Positions 40,218 through 54,650 of a stretch of 64,000 nt of DNA are shown piece by piece. Location: NCBI GenBank assembly GCA_028023455.1, contig JAQFVV010000007.1, positions 3,472,001 through 3,536,000 on the forward strand, written 5' to 3'. Source of the stretch: Epiperipatus broadwayi (taxonomy: Eukaryota > Animalia > Onychophora). How positions within the stretch are numbered: the first letter of the stretch is position 1; each line of letters starts with the position of its first letter. The notes beneath the pieces are model-generated. The model did not search any database. It was given only the letters and a program-made list of their open reading frames with translations, and was not told the DNA's origin. The position numbers and the translations under genes were made by a program.

Positions 40218-40962
40218 GTCTAGAGCATAAAGTTTGATGATCTACAATAGAAATTAAAAATAAATATATAAGAAATAAAAGTTATAACATTACAATTCTC
40301 TTTGTAAATTTTTGGCACAATACAGCAAAGAATATTAAGTTATTGTAAATAAAAGAAAATATTTCAGAAAATAATATGAGAAAGGGCAATTATCAGATGT
40401 TAATCACCCCAGAGAATTTTCTAAAACATTAAGAAACAATGCTCTTGGTATCTAGATAAAGAAACTAAAAGACAACTAATTTCCAGTAGTATTAGTCAAA
40501 CATCGGTTACAGCTATTGCTATCAGATGTCAACAAATTAATTACAGATAGAATACAGAAAAAAGTTTGGTATTAACTGAAGAGCCTTAAAAAAACAGAGA
40601 AATGCTAATTCTTAATATTCACTCAAATTGTTCTTGTTGTAATTGTTATTACTATGTAATTATTCATATGATAAACGAACATGGATGGGCTGCTAACCAA
40701 AATCAGTTTAAGATTAACAAACAGTGATCTGTCTTCTCAATTGTGGGGTAGTTTTTTACTGAAATATTATTTGATTTTTCTTAAAGGCAGAATAAAAATG
40801 TGTGTGAATGACCAAATGATTATTTAGAATCGTAAACACTAAAAGTATGATTTTGGCAAAAAAAAAAATTAATCGTTTATATTATTAAAACTACAACAGT
40901 CAACTCTACATTACATTTCTTTATTTAATTTTTATTTAATTTCCAACTCCATTTATGTAAGA

Positions 40963-41117
40963 TAAGTTACAAATTGCACGTTATGCAAATAAGTGCTTTC
41001 GGGAATCTTTAGTCCCCATATTCATAGCCTATCTTGGGAGTGTTGGCTTGAGTTGTGATTTTAAACAACTGGGTAATAATTTATGTAATTTGTAACTTAC
41101 TACTCGAAGGTGAAGTA
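40963..41117. mobile_element. Small MITE, left end truncated
   Basis: Internal inverted repeat TAAGTTACAAATTGCA / TGTAATTTGTAACTTA; right end ACTCGAAGGTGAAGTA; shares CCATATTCATAGCCTA with 61085-61260. Confidence 0.6.
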
Positions 41118-41553
41118 GAAACCAGGATTTTATTTCGATATTATGTAAGATAAATGAATTTATGAAATACCACTTTAAAAAAAAAAAAATTCAGTTTTAC
41201 TGGTTAAATATTAGGAAAATAAAAAAACATTGTTAATAAAATATAAAGTACATCAAAAATAAATAAATACCATTAATTTTTTTTACAAACTTTAAGTAAA
41301 CATTGTGCTTAATTAATCTTTTTTCTAAATGTTTTATTTTAATTTAACAAATCATGATTCAGAAAATATTTTCTATGTAAAAAGCAAAATTGTGGACTGT
41401 TAAGAAAATAATTATTTACCTACAAATTATTACTTTTTTAAAATAATATACTTAGTAAAGAGTTTATTTATTAACACCTCAATTTAAGCTTTAGTTTTTT
41501 AATTGGGTTTTTATATATTTTGAATTTTAAAATAATGAAATCAATTTTTTTCC

Positions 41554-43960
41554 CATCATCATTATCAACCATTATCAATCCACTGCAGGATGAAGCTCTC
41601 TCCAAGTTTAATCCATCTTCTCCGATCTTTAGCTTCTCTTCTCCACATCACCCCTGCACACTTTCTTATTTCATCCATCCATCTCACATGTGGTCTCTTT
41701 ATGGGTCTTTTACAATCTCTTGGAATCCAGTTTAAAATTTCAATTGTCCATCTATTATCATCTCTTCTAACAATATGTCCAGCCCAACTCCACTTCAATC
41801 TTTTAATTTTTTCAATGAGGTCAGTAACACCTGTTTGTTCTCTTACCCATACATTGAGTTTACGATCTCTTCTTGTTACTCCCAACATACATCTGTCCAT
41901 ACTTCTTTGAGTGGTCTGAAGTCTCTGAATTGCTCTTCTATTAAGTGTCCAAGTCTCAGATCCATAAGTAAGAACTGGTAAAACACATTTGTTAAAAACC
42001 TTCCTTTTCAAACACATAGGCATATTTCCTTTTAGTATCAAGTTATTTCTACCAAAAGCACTCCAACCAAGTTTAATTCTATGATTAATTTCCTCCATTA
42101 TGTTTCCATCTGTATTAATAATCTGACCAAGGTATTTGTAACTGTTAACTTCTTCTAATTCATCATAATCAATCTTTATTTTCATATTTAGAGCAAATCG
42201 ATTAAACATTACTTTAGTCTTTTTAACATTTATCTTTAGTCCTACTTTCATCTGATAATTCCTGCAACATTTCCTGCAGATCTGAAGCATTATTTGCAAA
42301 AACAACTACATCCTCTGCGAAATCTAAATGACTTAAATAATCACCATTTACTTTCACTCCTTTAGTTTGCCAATTTAATCCACAAAATACTTCATGCAGC
42401 ACTGCTGTAAAAAGTTTTGGAGATATGGAGTCACCTTGTCTTACACCTTTCTCAATGTTGACTTTCCTAGTGTCATTATGTAATCTAATTGTTGCTGTTG
42501 CATTTTTATAAATATTCTTTAAAATATGACAATATCCTGGATCTATACCTTGATGATCTAATGCTTTAATCACTGAAGAAATGTTTATAGAATCAAATGC
42601 CTTTTCATAATCTACAAATCCTAAGCATAATGGCAACTCATATTCATTTGTCCTTTCTATAACTTCTCTCAATACCTGGATATGATCTACTGTACTAAAA
42701 CCACTTTTAAATCCAGCTTGTTCTCTTGGTTGGTGGAAATCCAATGTTCTCTGTAGACGAGTTGTAATTATCTTGGTAAAAATTTTATATAAAACTGATA
42801 AAAGGCTGATAGGTCTGTAATTTCTAATATCTTCTTTATCACCTTTTTTAAATATTAATATTATTACTGCATTCTTCCAATCATCCGGTACATCTTTATC
42901 ATTTAGACATTTGGTATATAACTTTGCTAAAATTTTTTCTATTTCTTCACCTGCTTCTTTTAATATATCAATTATAATTCCATCATTACCTGGAGCCTTT
43001 CCTTTCTTCATACATTTAATTGCATGTCTCACTTCTTCATTTAAAATTCTGGGCAATTTGGAAGATGTAATAGATATAGGAGGTACTTGTTCTTTATTAC
43101 TATATAATTCTTGATAAAAATCTTCTACCAATTTCATGATGTCATCTCTCCTTTTAGTAATAATTCCATCTTTTTTTCTTATTGCAGATATAAATTTCCT
43201 ACCAATACCAAAATGTTGTTTTACATTCTTAAGACTTTTATTTTCTTCTATAGCTTTCCTTGCTAGTTCATAGTTATACTTTCTTATATCATTTTCAACT
43301 CTTTTCCGCACCATTTTACAAAATTTGAGATATTCAATTCTTTTTAATGCATCATTTTTGTATATCTTCATATTCCTTCTTTTCTTCATAAATTCTCTAG
43401 TCTCAGTAGAAATTTTATTGGTCAATTGCTGTTTCTTTCTACCAGCTATCTTTGTTGCAGTTTTCAAAAGTGTATCAGTTATTTTCATATTAATTTCATT
43501 CAAATCTGAATCATGTTCAAAATCTACTAATACTTGAAACCGATTTGTAAGTTCTAATTTAAATTCATTAGAATGTTTCTGAAGATTAGGAATATCAACT
43601 GTAAATATTGTTTTTCTTAATAATTTTTGTCTCTCTAGTTTTACATTAACACGTAATTAACCTTACTAATCGATGATCACTTCCTGTGTTAAATTTATTA
43701 AGAACATTACAATCTTGAAATATGTATTTCCTGTTAGTCAAAATATAATCCAATTCTGCTGTACCTTCATTTGGTTGTTTCCATGTCCATTTCCTTTTAA
43801 CATTTTTCTCAAAAAAAGAATCCATAATATAAAGTTTTTCTTTTTCTGCAAACTCCACAAGTCTATATCCTCTCTCATTTCTATTACCATACGCAAAATT
43901 ACCCACAGCACTTTCATCTTTCATTTTTTTACCAATTCTAGCATTAAAGTCTCATTATAA
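41554..43960 (-). mobile_element. Young 5'-truncated RTE-clade LINE (family 1, copy C) with part of the endonuclease and the full RT region
   Basis: ORFs 43646-43924 (APE C-terminus: GNRNERG, ELDYIL, GSDHRLV), 42223-43503 (426 aa; YRPISLLS, GVRQGDSISPKLF, FAEDVV) and 41565-42305. RT frameshifted by loss of one 8-bp CCTACTTT unit at ~42241. (TGA)n tail; possible AATTTTTTT TSD. Confidence 0.95.
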
Positions 43961-44367
43961 TTTTTTTTTTTTTGTAAGATTTTGATTTGCAAGGTATTTT
44001 GGGGAGCCAAATGAGCTGCTATTGGAGTAAGGGTGTACTTGATTAAAGGTTTGGTTTGTATAGTCTCACAAAATTCATCCAAAATTTAATTATTTGCTTT
44101 TCCTTCTGGAGTTAAAAAGATTATTCTTGTTTACCAATGCTGATGACAAAACAATACAGGAGTTACCAGTATTGTAACAAATCCCTTAGCAAGGGTGAAG
44201 GGTGTATTGAGACTACCATTTAATTAATCTATTTGCCTTTGGGCACAGAATCTTAATATATGCATATACATTAAAGAAATCAAAAATATTCATTTCAAAA
44301 TTATTATAATTTAATACTGACATAAAAATTATAATTTATATAATTATTTTGTATTTTTTGAAATCCA

Positions 44368-47300
44368 TCTCATCATCAACAATAGTATTTTGTCCTATGG
44401 AAAGATCTAGCAATCATACACAAACTTCATCCATTTCTATAGTCCTCTCTTCATTGCCCAGATCTTCAATTCCACATATCTATCATTAAGCAAGGGCAAT
44501 CTTTTCTGTCTTTTCTTCTTATTCCCATTCAACATTCTTCCAAAACATCTTTCATTAAACTATTATTCTCTCTTAATATATGCCCAATCCAATTTCTCTT
44601 TTTATCTCTAATTTCCTCAATTAAGCTTTACAATTTATTCTTTCTAAAACTTTATTTGTCATTTTTTACTCATCCAATTAAGTTATTCTATCCTTCTCCA
44701 TGATCACATCTGAAAGGCTTCCAATCTGTAAATGTTTTACTCACTATCTACTTTCTGCAACACAAAATACTATTCTCTGAACATACCATTTAATTAATCT
44801 TTTCTTTAATTCTCTCTTTGAAAACACACAGAGTATTTTCTTTTTCTTAATAAATGCCTTCTTTGCCAATGCTATTCTTCTTTTAACCCAAAAATTGAAA
44901 TTCATTTACTTAATGAACTGTATAATTTTAACTAGTAGTCTTGTGATATTTCTTGTGATATTCCTCCTTATCCATAAACATTTGGGACATCTCAGTATTA
45001 ACTTTCATTCCATATTTCATACTTCCTTCCTCCAATTTATTCAACTTATTCTAGACATTTCAACCTGTTATAAGATGCATATCATCAGTAAATCTTATAC
45101 ATTTTATTAAGCTACCTCCAATATTAGTTTCTCCACATTCCAAATATTTATCCAATATGCCTTCTAAATAAATATTAAAAAGCATAGATGACATAAAGCA
45201 TCCTTCTGACTCCTCTTTCTATATTTACTTTCTCACACTGATTATTTTTCAGTCTGATTCTTATTCTTTGCCCAAGACATATTCAGAATAATTGTTCTCT
45301 CTTTCCAAAATACTCCTTTAGTCATAAGTTTACTTCAGATTACTCTATAAAATGCTTTTTCCAAGTCCATAAAACATATACTAATTTATTTATATTTTTC
45401 AATATATCTCCCAACCATTGTTCCAACAATACCAAGAGCATTTCCTGTACTTTTTCCTTTCCGAAAGCCAACTGTTCTAATATATTCTATCTTCCTCTAA
45501 ATTCATTGAGATAAAATTGTCAATAATATTTTTGAAACATGAGGTAACAAACTTATTGTTCTGCACCCTTCAAATCTAAAAGCTTTCTTCTTTTAGCAAT
45601 TGGAATCATTAGTCTTCAAGAAATTTTCAGGCCAAATTCCATTATTATATATCAAATTGCACAATCCAACTATTTCCTTCATAATAGTTTGTCCCATTTC
45701 TTTAAAAATTCTATAGATATTGTATAATCCATACATCTTACCATTTTTCAATTCTTTAATTGACTTTATTACTTCTGTCAATATGTCCATACTTTTAGCG
45801 TATACTTCAACATTTTCATATTTCCAGTTTGAATTGCATCATTTTCTTTTCTAATTAGATATTGAAGATATTCTTTCCATCTTTTCAATCTATCATCACT
45901 ATCAATTAATCTCTTTCCATTCTTATTAGCTATTTCATTCACCAACCATTTATCAAATATCAGAACAGCCATTTCATTCATTAATCTGTTATCAAATATC
46001 AGATTGTATCTTTTCATCTGATGAAGCATTTGTCTCTCTACATTCTTGTCCCAAACATTTTTCTTTTACTAAATCTGTTACTCTTCTTTCATTATTAATT
46101 TTTCTATATTGTCTTTGCACCTCCTCAGAAATGATATTCTTCCATCTCCGTACTTCGATTTTTTTCAACATATCTTCCATTATCCAATGTCATTTAGCTT
46201 TCTTTAACCAAATAGTTTCTATTTCACTTTTTGCAGTTTATAATGTTACACCAACAATTATCAGAATTATTCATAAATTCCTCATTTTTATCAATTCTCT
46301 TTATTATATTTTCACGTATGAAACCAAATGTTCCTTTTCTATTTCTCTCAATTTTCTTATCTTCTATATATTTTCCCTCCTTTTTATTCTTTTTAAACTC
46401 AATTTTAATTAGATCATAACCATATTACGATCAGAGTTCATTCATATCACTATTAGGCAAAATATGTGAGTCCTTAATAGCACTTCTATACCAATACCTA
46501 GTCCATTCAATATCATTATCATCTGGAGCTTTCTACATATACAATCTTCTTGAATGATTTTTAAACTAAATGTTTGCAACCACAAACTTATTCTCCCTAT
46601 AGAATTCCACAAGCTGATTATCAATTTCATTCCTTTTTCCAATAACATAATTCCCAACATTTATTCCTTCCTTCCCTTTCTCCACAGTAGCATCCTTTTT
46701 CCCAATAGCAATATACGTGCATTTTTACCCTTATATTGTATAATTCCTCTGTTTTTTTATATTGCTCATCAATTTCATTATCACCATGATTGATAGTTGG
46801 CATATAAACTTGTATGAATACTAAATCCCTAAGACTTGCAGTTATCCTCATCACCATAAGTCTATCAGTAACATAGTTTATCTTTGCGACAGTATCCAAA
46901 TTTTCTTCCCAACTTCAATAACAAATCCATTCACCACTAGTATCCCTGGTATTTGCTTCTCCACATCCCTCCCACCTCAATTTACTTAATGCTATAACAT
47001 CAATATTTATTTTCATTTCTCTTTTAAAACCAATTTTTCACCATTTCTCAAAAATCTTACATTCTAAGTACCAATTTTCAATATGTCTTCTTTTAATGGA
47101 TTGTTTTTATGAGGATTTTACAAGTTTATGACCTGGGGAGTCTTATACCTAATCCAGCAGGGCAAAACATTAATGCTTTCTTTAGCTAAAGATCTCACCA
47201 TCAATCTTACTAAATCTTGTAGACATGTTCAAAATTGTTTCCCATTATCTTCTTTTCCCAGCAATAACCTTCCTTACAGGTTTAATGTGCTGTTTCCTAT

Positions 47301-47420
47301 AAATATGACTATTTGTCTATTATTTTACTTCTCACTGTTACCACTTAAAATGATTTTCCACTTATTTGGAAGAATGTTGTTGCTGACCCAACACCCAGTG
47401 AGGATATTGACTTATTTAAT
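44368..47420 (-). mobile_element. Older, near full-length degraded RTE-clade LINE (family 2)
   Basis: APE fragment DRLMVMRITASLRDLVFIQVYMPT..DNEIDEQY (46627-46899); RT motif RFTDDM (~45094-45077); NGIWPENF; GATGATG-type tail near 44370. Heavily frameshifted. Confidence 0.8.
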
Positions 47421-50050
47421 GGGGATTAATTCTTTCAAACTGCAATAGATTAAACTAAAAATTGACTTCTTAAATCTGATTATTAACTAGAAAAAAAATT
47501 ATTTTATTACAATTAATATAACTTAAACTGAAATATTATCAATATTATGACGCTAAAATCACTACATGGCTTGACAGTGATCACATATATTATTACTGAA
47601 TTAGATTATAAAAAATTAAAAAACAATTACTTACTGTCAATTCAAAAATCCAATATGGCAGCACAGAAATTAACAACTGTCGAATCTTTTTTTACTTCAG
47701 ATAATTATCACATTTTTACCAAAAAGATCTATCTATTTATACTGCATACATATATATTTATACTTGACAATTTCAAGTTTTGTGAATCTATAATAATCTT
47801 ATTATTTCATTTATATTACTATTTTTGTCAAAGAATTATCCATATAATTTTAAGATAATTTTGAAAGCATGAAATTATCACACATAAAATCTAAAATGAT
47901 TTTATTTTACTAATATTATTGTTTATTAATTAAGCAACATGGGGGAGGGGGAGTCAGTAAAATTTATTTTCATTATGCTTTGAAATTTGTCAAAACTAGT
48001 GAATTACTAACACAAATATTTATAATTTATATACCTTGTTTATCAGATTCTTTATTGATCTTTGTAAGATGTTCACCACTTCTTTCACTCTTTTTCCATT
48101 GCTTGTATCAAATCTTTAAAAATACTACCTTCTTATTAATACTCTTTTCAAGATGCTTTTTTAAAACTCCTTTATAATAGTTTGGATTATTATGCAGTCA
48201 AAATTGAAGATCTCTCAATAAATAAACATTTTTATTTTTTTTTAAGTTTATGAATTAAAAGAATTGAAAAATTGGAAAGATTTAGGCAGGCAAAATTTTC
48301 ATTGAGGAGTTAAATAAAATATTGATGAAAAATGCATTAGTAGGAGTGAAGTTTTTTAAAAATACTCTAACCAATCTCTGATTCTATGAACTTTGCTTTA
48401 AATTCTCTTCTGAAATAAGCTGAGTTTGAATTATAGCTCTTTCTCGTCTTTTTTTCAGAGTACCTTAATTTTCTAAGTTTTTATTCATTTGATCTAAAGT
48501 TATCAATTTTTGTTTCATGAAACAATAGTTCTATTTCCATTCATCTTTCATTTATTCTTGCTTTATTTATCATTTAATGGAATCAATGTTTGGATTTCAA
48601 TAGTTCAATTATTTTCTTTTTAATAGTAATATTATTACCCCTCCATCCCCATACTGTAATACTATTTTTATGAATATTCAAACAGGCCTGTTGATTTTAT
48701 CATTTACCATTTTTATTTCAATTTATATAGATATTAACATCTGCATCACTTTTTATTGTTTTACTAATTTCTTACAGAAAACAGCATAAGAAGACATGAT
48801 GTTAACTATTATTTTTATATTTAACAATTTTTTAAAAATTTTATCAACATTTTTTTTTAGTTTTACTCATTTATTTATTTATTTTTATCAAGATAAAATT
48901 CAAGTTAAATGAAACAAAAAAAAAAGAAGATAACTAAGCAAATTCCAATAACTGCAATGATAACAGGTGCTTTTCAAACAATCTTTTGGAAAGGTGTTCA
49001 CAAAAAAAAAAAAAAAAGCAGAAATGAATGGGGAAACAATTCAAATATGAATATTAAAAGTGCAAAAATTTTGTTGGATTAAAATTATTTAAGTAATTAT
49101 TCAAATCAGCTAATCATATAAAGATATTATTTGAAGATGCTTTGCCAGCAATTAATTGAAAATTTTATAAAATATAATAAAAGTTATTCTTTCTACTTTC
49201 TGAAATAATGAATTTTATCAGATATAGATTCAAGAGTATACTTTTATTTTAAAAAAAAACATTATTATAGTCAAACAGTAAGATTATATCTAATTGAAAG
49301 ACTTATCAACTAATTACATAAATCTAAAGGTATAAGAAATAAAAAATCTATACAAATTGAATGATTAAACTTTTGGGCAGGATAAATCCTCTAGAAATTA
49401 TTGAATATGTTTAGAAACATACCAGTAGCACAATTTAAACAGACTTACTGATTTTTATGAATTACAGCATATCCACTAAACTTCACCATATAAATCTGAT
49501 GGCTAATTCAATTTAATTACTTATTCTACACTAGAAATGTTTGAACATGAGATACCTAATGCATGTGCTTATCTGTTATAATAATCAATGCCTTATTATT
49601 GTTATAACTGTCTTAAAATTTAATAATATAAGAATTTTAATGATACTACAACAATGCAAAAAGATTTTCAAGAATCCCAGAAAAAGAAAAAAAAATCATC
49701 ATTTAAAATAATATAGTTTATAATAGTAAAAGAATGATGACTTTCAGTGAGACCATAAATTCATGACAATTGGAAATTTTAATAGCTATATAAACCAAGT
49801 ACAGTATATAACTAAGCATAATCATTTAGAAAAAAAGATTTATGATAAGGTTAATAATAATTTAGAAAAGCTAACATTTCATAAAGAATTTATGAACTCA
49901 GAAAAATGAACAAGTTGTACATTTAAAATTTGATGTCTTCTGAGTTCAACAATCCCTCTTACAAAATCAGCAAAATATCACATGATTCCAGCATATAAAA
50001 CACTCTTCTCTTTGATAGCAAATTTTATTTCTCTCCATTAGAAAAGATAT

Positions 50051-50136
50051 ATTAGATCCAAAAATCCAAGTGCATTAGATCAAGATGCGAAGTTCCTCGA
50101 TTACAAAATGTTAGAAACTAGTCTGAGAATATGGAT
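50051..50136 (+). mobile_element. Decayed third copy of the hammerhead-bearing repeat
   Basis: ATTAGATCCAAAAATCCAAGTGCA ... TAGAAACTAGTCTGAGAATATGGAT aligns to 32664-32756; the CTGATGA core is lost. Confidence 0.7.
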
Positions 50137-53100
50137 ATGCCAACACAGCATATTTACTAAGCAGTAGTATCTAGTGACTATTCAAGCTTATATTACATGG
50201 TATAATTAGAGTAAGAATTAGAGATAGGGTTATGGTTAGGGCTTACAATTGCTTATAATTAATCAAACTATTAAATATTTCAAATTTGACGGAATTGTTA
50301 GAGATTTCGCAATGGCTCAGTATATAAGATAGGTCAACATCTTTTTTTTTTTATTAGCACATTTTATTTATTATTTTAACAATTAAATTTGAAATTTTAA
50401 AATATAAATATCACAATAAAATAATTGAATGAATTAAAAAGCTATTATAAGCAGAATTATTAATATTAATTTTCTAGCAATAAACTTATGACATTATTCT
50501 GATGCTTCTTACAATAACTTAACATCCAAATTATAGAAAATAAAATTTAAAAAATGACTGAAATCTGGAATTAAGTGTTCAACAAATAAAAAACAATGAT
50601 AATCACTATTTGGACATTCTCACAAATAATATATATGATTGTTTACATTCCTAGCAACATAACCAACAATATTGCTATCCAATATTTTGCTATCCAATAT
50701 TGTTTTCTATTAAGCTATTACATGTTATCCTAATCTAGTTAAGAAAATATATAACCAAGTACTATAACTAAGCGATAATACAATCATTATGAGTTGTAGT
50801 TTCCAATACAATTCATTTAAACACAATTTATTCAATATCTAAACAAGCATATATGTGTGAGTGTGAATTATAAATATATAAAAGATTTGATAGACCATAT
50901 ATAATTAGTAAAATATGAATTAATATTGGGATTCTATTCAGATAACTAATTCATAGTTAAAAATTAGATATGGATACCCAGAACTATTTCAAAACCCTAA
51001 CTTTCTCATCAACTGTAATAAATTCTCAACATCATCATCATTCATAATTTAAGATTAATCAGATTTTTGAAATATAGGAAACTCTGTTGTAAACCCATAA
51101 TCATGTAAAATTTGATTCCATTTAAGCAGTACTGTATAGAAAATAAGATATTACTAGGTAGCCTTATATAATAATCATAAAATAAGCCACATTTAATGAA
51201 AACAAATTTGAATTAATATCAGAAATATGTAACAGTTAATTAGTGAAAATGAACAACTTAAGACTAAGACTGATTATTCAACTTCATTATCACTTGCAAT
51301 TCAATGGTGATCACATTCTTATATATTTAAGAAAATAACCTCTTAAATATAAGTTTTTAGAAATACAATCATATTATGTTCTATTTCATAAGAATTTCTT
51401 TGTACTTAATTCTTGTAAGATGATATTGATTATAATTGTTATTCTCATTATGTACTTGCACATTTTACTAAAGTGACAATAGGAAGGATTCAAAAACTCA
51501 ACGTTTCTAATTGGAAGTTCAACCAATCACCTCTGCTGTTCAAATATCACAAGATCTGACAAAAAACTGATTATTTTTTTAAAGAATCATCATATTGCAA
51601 TTATTTTTATGATCACTGCATCAACTCAGTGACCAATCCAAATTATCTTGAAATCTTCATTCTCCAGCAGATTACAAATTTGTTAACTAGTACTGAATGA
51701 TTAAATGTATTGTTTGTACTATCTGGCTACAGATACTTAAAGAAGTTTCTAGGCTTAACATCACATTAAATTCAGATCATGGTCAAGTCAGATGAATCAT
51801 TACCCATGATTTCATGAGTCTTTTCACTCATTCACTGAAAATACATATAAAAATAATTTTCAAAATTATTAAAAATTAAACCATTTAAGATCTGCTTTAA
51901 AAAAGCTGGAATTAAAAAGTATGCTAAATGATGCCAATTTGCAATATGGACTAAAAGTCTACCAATCTGAAGGAAAAAATTCATCTAAAAAAAATGGCTG
52001 AATTTTTTTCATTTATTTTTTTCTTCATTTAAGTTTTTGTATTACCTTATACAGTAATATGTAATACAACCAAGGCTTATAGAACAAGAATATAATACAT
52101 TCCCTTTTGTCTCTCAGGTGAGATATTTACAACAAATATGCATAATGAATCTTATAAGGACAAATGCCTTGTGCACATAGTATTAAATTACCAATTTCAT
52201 TTGCTTGTTTCTTTGAGACTTCAGCAATAAAAATATAATGTACTTAGTATTATTGTTTACTTATTTTGCTGTATACATATATAATAATTTTGGCCATAAG
52301 ACTGAAAACTTTAATTAGAAGACTGATTAAACATAAAACAAATTGCAAATGAAAAGGTTGTTCAACTGTTAAAGAGACAAAAATGCTATGATCAATACCA
52401 TTAGTTTAATATTGGTCTCACAACGCAAAACATTTCAAATCATTTCTGAAAAGCTGAATTAAAAAGCTTATTACAGTAAAAAAAAAAGCAAAAGTAAAAT
52501 TGTGTTTCACTTGTAAAAAATCGTAGCAAAAATTAAGAAGCAGAAAACAAAGTAGAACAAAGTATATATAAAAAAAATTCCAAACAAAAGTAATGTAAAA
52601 TTATCTTTTAATGAAAATATTATGCCAAAGTCATTGGTAGCATAGGATGTACCAACACAAGACATTTCAGAGCATTATCACTATAAAAAAAATGTGCAAA
52701 AAAGAAAAATGATTTTTTCTATTACTGTAAATTTGTTTTTGCTATGAGGTAGAAAACACGAATAGAACATAAAATCAAGAAAAAAAATAATTTACCAAGT
52801 AAAAAAGCTATAAAACTATTTTTAAAAGAATGAAAATACTATGACATATAGTGGATAACCACTACTGTGGGAAAAAAATTTCAAGCAAGCAAATGATTTT
52901 TTTTAATGGTGTAAATTGTTTTTATTTTTGAAAGATCATTTTCAATATGGGGTAGTAATAAGACTAGAATGTAGCATCAAAAAAAAAAAAAAGAAATTCC
53001 TAAATGAAAAAATTGAAAAACTCTTCTAATCTTTCACACAATATATACTAAGCAAACAAAGTTATATGTATCTTATTTTATTTTCAAACTATTTCTCAGT

Positions 53101-54199
53101 TGCATTGTTGAAACAATTAAAATCTTATTTTTTAGTTACAGTCTCCAATTTTTATATATTTTTTGTTCTAGACACAAATTAAATAAACAAAATTAGTCTA
53201 AAAAGTAAAATATTAGCTTTGTAAATAAACAAAAATGACTAATAATGAAAAATAAACATAAGTAAATTGCCAAGAATAAAAGATTTCAGTTTAGCCTATA
53301 AAATTGTTCCAAAAGGAATAAAGATTTTTCTAAAATTTAACATTTTTGATAGGCATCTTATTAAAGCATAACTTCAAATAATGAAAATACTTTTTAAAAA
53401 TTAGAACTGAATTTATAAATATTTAAAAAAGCAACAAAGTATTGAAATAACAACTTTGACAGCTCTTGAGAAGAGGCATTGTTATCCTCTTAGTTTCTAA
53501 CATCAACAAAGTTTTACTTGACTAATTTGTTAAAAATATATATAAATAATCACTAAAATCAACAGGTATTCAGAAATAAAAATTTTAAAGTCATAAAAAA
53601 AAAAAGATGAATAGATTTTAGATAAACTAACTCCATTTTCACATTATAAACAAAAATCAAAATAAAATATGCCTATTTATATTCTTTTAAGTCAGCTCAT
53701 ATGATTAAACTCTGCCCTCATTAGTTTTTATTAATTGACAATACTTTTTTTTTAAAACTACTATAGTTCCTAACATCTAACTGCTATGCAGCCATGAGCA
53801 TGTCACATATAAACTGCTGGATAATCAAGCAATAGGTTAACACAAATTTTATAATGAATATCACACATGCACAAAAGTTGGGTCAAAGTCTAAGGAGGTA
53901 ATTATCACATTAAAAAAAAGATTTCCAAGCAAAAGTAAAATGATTTTTTTATTATTAATCTTCACTATGAAGTAAAAACAGTCTTAGAAAATAGCACCAA
54001 CAAACTACAATTGAAATGACTAAATCAACATTCTGTGGATTTTATTAGGATAAGTTTATGTTTTTATTTTTTGATTTTAAGGGATTTAAGTTCTTATTAA
54101 ATAAATCAAACTAATTTTATATGTACATTTTTGAATTGTATCATATTATCAAGGGTTTTGTTGACTATTCAAAAGATATCATTTCTTTGCTTGGTATAT

Positions 54200-54650
54200 A
54201 TTCAAAGTATATAGAGATTACAATTTATTTATAATAGCACAAAATTATTCTTCTGCCATTTTGGAGATACTTCTAATATTAGTGACTCAGGTTTTGCTTC
54301 ATCAGGCTGTAAATATTTCATGAGGGATAAATTTTATTATTTTCTCTAAAGGTGATAAATTTGTTGAAAAATGTATTTCTCTCTCTTCTTTGGTTATGGT
54401 TGTATACCATAATGCATATAATACAAAGGTGCTTGCCCTGATGTCAACAAAAAAATCCTTTGAATATGAATTAAATAATGATTCTATATTAATATTTAAA
54501 TTGTTATATAGCCTAGAAATTTCTGCACGAATGCTTTCAAAACAAGCACATTTAAAAAGAAGTGAGTTTGGTTTTTCATATCTCTATGTCATAGCAAGCA
54601 TTTATTTATCTTTAACAATCCTGCAATATCTTTTGAATATCTTTTGAATC
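54200..54650 (-). pseudogene. Possible hAT transposase remnant
   Basis: Minus-strand KPESLILEVSPKW resembles the LILDVxTRWNS motif; no other support. Confidence 0.2.

Noticed and set aside
50220-50245. Interstitial telomeric repeat (TAGGGTTATGGTTAGGG)
   Set aside because: Only two or three degenerate units.
51805-51840. Minus-strand acceptor followed by ATG (MSEKTHEIM) as a first coding exon
   Set aside because: Very short, and no downstream exons could be linked to it.
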